This document shows positions 57,971-64,000 of a DNA stretch of 64,000 nucleotides, piece by piece. The translations under genes and the position numbers were made by a program. The stretch covers positions 6,820,001 to 6,884,000 of the forward strand of contig OZ024742.1 in assembly GCA_964016885.1 (NCBI GenBank), in the 5' to 3' direction. This stretch comes from Eledone cirrhosa (lineage: Eukaryota). Each line of letters opens with the position of its first letter. Position 1 is the first letter of the stretch. A model generated the notes under the pieces. That model searched no databases and had not been told where the DNA came from. It saw only the letters and a program-made list of their open reading frames with translations.

Positions 57971-58031
<61 letters not shown>

Positions 58032-58032
<1 letters not shown>

Positions 58033-58110
58033 TAGCAGAATGGCCCGGCGTGCTCGGGCTTCTAAACATAGATTGGCATGTTTATCCCTCCTTTCTGAAA
58101 CAGTACAGAG
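58032..58110 (-). mobile_element. Helitron 3' terminus; 5' extent not determined
   Basis: Minus strand GCCCGAGCACGCCGGGC hairpin followed by CATTCTGCTAG|T. Confidence 0.7.
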
Positions 58111-58583
58111 AAGTACGGAATACCTCGGCCTGGGGATGGTGTCTACATTTTGTGCTTATAAAACAAATTCATTGTAGATTACCAGGGGTTTAACTTAATT
58201 GGGTGCCTGAGAGTAAAATGTTCAACCCACGAAAGCCAGACGATAGGGTTAAGTAAAAATGCAATCGACAAACCGAACATGTACTTGTTGTGCTATGGTA
58301 CAATGAAAGTTACAGAGCAGTAAGCATGTGGGACTGCAGTGGTAGAGAGATGAAGGAATTTAGTTGGATACTTTTAAGGTTACAAAAATCTACCTAATCT
58401 GATATAGACCGAACTGTTATATCGGATGCCGAACGCTTCGGAATGACTATTGGGGTCACCATCAACAATTTGAAGGGATGTACGTTTAAGTAGGCATCAA
58501 GTGGTGATTATTAAGCCTACTTATAGTGTACTACTACTGTTAAAGACAGAGGCCAGCGTTGAGAGCAGGTAAACCAACAAACC

Positions 58584-58620
<37 letters not shown>

Positions 58621-58624
<4 letters not shown>

Positions 58625-58745
58625 ATAATGATAAATTTGAAGACTAAAAACCAAAGAGGGCAGATATATAAGAACCGCAGAAGAATCCGTTAAGCGTGAA
58701 AGCAGCGATTCTTTGCTTAAACTTTAATCTGTTATTTTAATAAAT
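58621..58745. mobile_element. Family F3 copy with inversion
   Basis: Tail block on the minus strand joined to GAAGA..GTTAA..GAAAGCAGCG on the plus strand. Confidence 0.75.
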
Positions 58746-58767
58746 ATATATATATATATAAAAATAA

Positions 58768-58854
<87 letters not shown>

Positions 58855-59124
58855 AAACATACACAAGCAGCATGTATGGACCTGCACAAGATAATTACAC
58901 ACAAACCAAACACACAATACACAGAAGACACACACACAATGTATACATACAACGTATACACATACACACATGGAAGGTACACATACACACACTATACACA
59001 CATACCCACAATGTACACATATATACACAATGTACACATATATACACAATGTACACACACACACACAATACACATACACATAATGTACAAAACCAGAATA
59101 TACATATATATACAAATAATGTTC

Positions 59125-59945
59125 TCACACACACATACATATTGTACACACACACACATACATATTGTACACACACAGACATATATATTGTACACACACA
59201 CACATATATATTGTACACACACACACATACATATTGTACACACACACACATACATATTGTACACACACAGACATATATATTGTACACACACACACATATA
59301 TATTGTACACACACACACATACATATTGTACACACACACACATACATATTGTACACACACAGACATATATATTGTACACACACACACATATATATTGTAC
59401 ACACACACACATATATATTGTACACACACACACATACATATTGTACACACACACACATACATATTGTACACACACACACATACATATTGTACACACACAG
59501 ACATATATATTGTACACACACACACATATATATTGTACACACACACACATACATATTGTACACACACAGACATATATATTGTACACACACACACATATAT
59601 ATTGTACACACACACACATACATATTGTACACACACACACATACATATTGTACACACACACACATACATATTGTACACACACACACATACATATTGTACA
59701 CACACAGACATATATATTGTACACACACACACATATATATTGTACACACACACACATATATATTGTACACACACACACATACATATTGTACACACACAGA
59801 CATACATATTGTACACACACACACATACATATTGTACACACACACACATACATATTGTACACACACACACATACATATTGTACACACACACACATACATA
59901 TTGTACACACACACACATACATATTGTACACACACACACATATTG
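59125..59945. repeat. 23-bp minisatellite ATTGTACACACACACACATA(C/T)AT
   Basis: ATTGT recurs at 59831, 59854, 59877, 59900. Confidence 0.95.
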
Positions 59946-59949
59946 CGAT

Positions 59950-60205
59950 ACGTTGTCGTTCCGAGTGACGACTGTTCCCGTCAATCAGATAACTGAACAG
60001 CCTGCTTGTGAAATTAACGCGCAAGTGTCTGAGCATTCCACCGACACCTGTAGTATTGATATAGTTTTCAGGGAGATGTCGTGTAACACTGGTTAGACAA
60101 TGTTGACCCTTTGAACCAGAGAAATCAATCAATGAGGTGAATGTCTTGTTCAACCAGTCAACACGTCACCCAGGGTCGAGCTCATGACTCTGGAATCAGG
60201 AATCA
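59950..60205 (-). mobile_element. Decayed SINE
   Basis: Minus strand B-box-like GAGCTCGACCC and a 3' part CACTTGCGCGTTAATTTCACAAGCAGGCTGTTC that I recall as a common octopus repeat. Confidence 0.5.
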
Positions 60206-60467
60206 TCTTAAATCAGATGTATGGACCTGTGATTCCCGGGGGTATCGTAGGGGCACTGTATTGACCTAGGCAGTTTCTAGGGTACCCCCCCCCCCCCGGT
60301 CTGATTACAGTAGATTACTTCCAGAGAAGGACACAGTGTGAGAGAATGGAAGTGAGGAAGATATATTTACGTTAGGTAATTCCGAAGAAAAAGCAAAGGA
60401 AAAAAGAGTGCTCTGTGTATGGAACAGAGCGATTTGATTAGAAAGTGAACACTTTCTAATTAAATAT

Positions 60468-60621
60468 AAGATCCCGTTAAGGGTGAAAGCAGCGATTCCT
60501 TGCTTACACTTTAACCTGTATTTTAATAAATATTTGCTCTAGGGTTCTTGTATATTTGATATATATTTATCCTTATCGAGCCCTCTTTGGATTTTAGTCT
60601 TCACATTTATTATTATTACTA
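60468..60621 (+). mobile_element. Family F3 colinear copy
   Basis: AAGA TCCC gttaa GGGT GAAA GCAGCG... then GCTC...GAGCCC and tail into (TA)n. Confidence 0.75.
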
Positions 60622-60637
60622 TATAAATATATATATA

Positions 60638-61553
60638 CTAGCAGTAAAGCCCGGCGTTGCTCGGGGTCGCTCAGTAGCTGTGTTAAAGTTACAATGTTAA
60701 GTTTCTTTCTTGGCTTAAAAACTGTAGTGTCTACTGTGCAGACTTGCTTGTGGTGTTTTTGATTAATATTCCCTCAACCAACAATATGCCTTATGAAGTT
60801 AAGAAAACATAACGATAACCCGAATGTTATAACAAAAGAGGATGCTGGGGATAGAAACTGCACTGGTTATTTATTAACAAAGATCGAAAATGTAAACACT
60901 GCAACGCAGAGAAAAACATTAGCGTAACCAAATTATCAGTTATGTCTGTCTGCACGCCTATATCACCTCTCTGCACGACTGTCTGTCTGCACGCCTATAT
61001 CACCTCTCTGCACGACTATCTGTCTGCACGCGTATATCACCTCTCTGCACGACTGTCTGTCTGCACGACTGTCTGTCTGCACGCCTAACGACGAAATATT
61101 TGCTTGTTTTACGTAGTCTTTAAATAGACTTGTTTTCAAGTAAAAATATTGTTTTAAAATGCTTTTAAATGGAAATGAAGCAAAACGGAAGCTTAGTGTT
61201 CGAACTGATGAATTTTGCAGGTCAATATTTTGCTGGCTCGACAACTGCCTGTTCGTGTATTGTGTTAATGTCATTTTAAACGCTGAGAAAGCCAGCGTAA
61301 TTTTTTACGTAAGACGCTCAATGTAAACAGAACAAAGGGAAATAACTGATAACTTACGCTCAAAAATCGATACATTATATTCGATTTCGTCACATACGGT
61401 GGGTCAATTTGAAATTATTTTTTTTCCGATGTCTTCGCTAGGGCTCAATGTACAAGTATAGCAATTTCGGTGCAATTCCGTGAGAGATTCTAAGAGGAGA
61501 TATGTGCCAAAAATCGATAGACAGACAGACAACCACAGTTTTATATATATAGA
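60638..61553 (-). mobile_element. Complete non-autonomous Helitron (~916 bp)
   Basis: Minus strand A|TCTATATATATAAAA..(CTGT)n ... CCCGAGCAACGCCGGG hairpin ..CTAG|T; internal ~38-bp tandem repeat at 60943-61087. Confidence 0.8.
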
Positions 61554-61878
61554 TTAATGTTCAGAACCATCCTCAGCATTCTCATGTAGCACCCATCCAC
61601 CATATGAGTGAGTTTCAGTATACACTGAGGATGAAAAACTCAGAGCTGTATGGGAGCCTCCCAAAAGTCAGCTTAAAAGTGACACAGAGGAGACTGAGGT
61701 TAGCTGGACATGTTCACCGACATCCAGAGTTGACATTGCACTCAGTGGTCCTGTGGGAGCCCCTACATGGACACACTGGAAAGGGAAGACCAAGGTTAAC
61801 GTATGTTGATGCCCTAAGGACAGACACTGGTCTGTTGGAGACGCAGGACATGGCAGTGATAATGAGAGACAGAGACCG
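61554..61878 (+). mobile_element. RTE fragment (same family as 33537-33941) with a 5' inversion
   Basis: 61554-61613 is the reverse complement of ~33572-33631; 61615-61878 continues forward from ~33632. Confidence 0.9.
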
Positions 61879-61880
61879 TT

Positions 61881-62287
<407 letters not shown>

Positions 62288-62462
62288 ATATATATATATA
62301 TTTGAAAAAGGAGTAAGATTGTATACAAAATAGGGGTTATATAGAGAAAAGGTGAAATTGGAAATAGCACGAAAAATATATTTAAGGATCTGTTTTTCTT
62401 TGATTCACCATAGTGACATTATTGAAACAATGAGAGAAACAATTGTTTTAAAAAAGAAGTTT

Positions 62463-62698
62463 TATACTGTATATATACTGTATATATACTGTGTATATAC
62501 TGTATATATACAGTATATATACTGTATATATACAGTATATATACTGTATATATACTGTATATATACTGTATATATACTGTATATATACTGTATATATACT
62601 GTATATATACAGTATATATACTGTATATATACAGTATATATACTGTATATATACAGTATATATACTGTATATATACTGTATATATACTGTATATATAA
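62463..62698. repeat. 11-bp near-palindromic minisatellite C(T/A)GTATATATA
   Basis: Directly visible. Confidence 0.9.
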
Positions 62699-62740
62699 TA
62701 TAACCGGTTTCGATGTATCAGTGTGAACCATCATATCAAA
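62699..62740 (-). ncRNA. Degenerate hammerhead motif
   Basis: Minus strand TGATG...CATC GAAA CCGG TT; 5' half of the core is lost. Confidence 0.45.
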
Positions 62741-62826
62741 TGTCGTGAAGACTGGGTCTAAAATGAACCTTATATATAGAGAGAGGTAGTGATAGTAATA
62801 TTAATAGACAACTACCAACACTAGTT

Positions 62827-62890
<64 letters not shown>

Positions 62891-62985
62891 TACTACTACT
62901 ACTACTACTACTACTCTCTATGTACAATTGATTCCTGCGTTTGTTTGTAATTTTGAACTATATATATATATATATTTCTTTTTTT

Positions 62986-63104
62986 AATATAGAAGAGCTA
63001 CTACAGGACTAGAACTGTTTCATTCGTGAGAAATCATCTTTTATACTCTGCTATGTATTGAGTACCTTACTTACTGTGGTTACCTCCGATTCAAACCGGA
63101 ATAA

Positions 63105-63106
<2 letters not shown>
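62986..63106 (+). mobile_element. Family F4 copy with inverted 5' part
   Basis: 62986-63039 is the reverse complement of 44984-45037; the tail is colinear. Confidence 0.8.
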
Positions 63107-63170
<64 letters not shown>

Positions 63171-63440
63171 CATATATATATAACGGCGATGAATTAATTT
63201 TGCGAGGTTTTTGATATGAAATCGTGTGTCGAAACAAATATTGTTATACTTGGGAAGGGTCATATTTGTGTGATATTGCCAGAATTAATAACAGAACACA
63301 CTCAGTGTTTGGTTGGATTTCGCTTTTCGCTTCTGTGTATTTTATAACGGTTAATCTAATTTGTTCGGTCCTCAATGTTGCCATTGACTGACCAACGGTC
63401 AAAAATAATACATATACAATATAGACACAAACACATATAT

Positions 63441-63494
63441 ATAGTTTATCAAAGTTCTTTCGTTGCACATCTGCAACATCGTCAGTGGTGCTAT
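63441..63494 (-). ncRNA. Type I hammerhead ribozyme, probably in a PLE pseudo-LTR that runs past the window end
   Basis: Minus strand ATAG CACCA CTGACGA T GTTGCA gatg TGCAAC GAAA GAAC TT^TGATA aa CTAT; 6-bp stem II; stem I has mismatches. Confidence 0.72.
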
Positions 63495-64000
63495 TGTTTC
63501 CTCCCGTTACATTGTATTTTCTACGCCATCTTTATTTAGTCTGTTTATATATTTATTTATTTGTTTATTTTATTTTGTCTTCTTTGCGCATGCATTTGCG
63601 TGTGTGTATAGTGTTTTGTTTGATGTGTGTTCGTGATTGGGTGACTGTGTATTGGTTAATGTATTCTGTCTTTACTAGTGTGTGTTTATATGTGTTTGTT
63701 GTTATTGTGCTTGTGTATGTATTTATTTATTTATTTATCTATTTATTTATTTATTTATACCTCTCTTAGGTCAGTGTTGTTTGTTTGGGTGTTGTTGTTG
63801 TTATTCCATTCATTCTTTCTGTTTAGCCTTGGCCTTCTAAATTCTATTTCACTGGCCTCTCTGATTTGCCTATCTGCTGGGTCATATCTATGTTTAGATA
63901 TTATTCTAATTTCTATGTTGTCTATGTTACCGTCGTGTTGTTGTCTGGCGTATTCGTATAGTACTGACCCGTTTGTTCGTCCTTTTAGTTCCCCCCAGTG

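Overview
Repeat-dominated animal DNA, most likely cephalopod (Octopus-like; inferred from the SINE/RTE content and the extreme (TA)n/(CA)n density). I recognise no host protein-coding exon. Bases 1-30250 are one 28-bp GT-rich satellite array with kb-scale higher-order duplications; its long His/Thr ORFs are artefacts. Bases 30250-64000 are a microsatellite-laced transposon graveyard: a decayed Neptune-like Penelope-like element (PLE, minus strand, with an inverted 5' pseudo-LTR), a second PLE of another clade, a Tx1/L1-like LINE in (TCTA)n, CR1 and RTE fragments, non-autonomous Helitrons, SINEs and minisatellites. The main signal is a dense set of short non-coding inserts between (TA)n tracts. 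They carry minimal type-I hammerhead ribozyme motifs (7 with intact cores from 5 unrelated sequence families, plus about 10 damaged ones), often form fold-back palindromes with a one-sided 35- or ~80-nt tail, and repeatedly break at the ribozyme core. All folds and alignments were read by eye, and coordinates may be off by a few bases.
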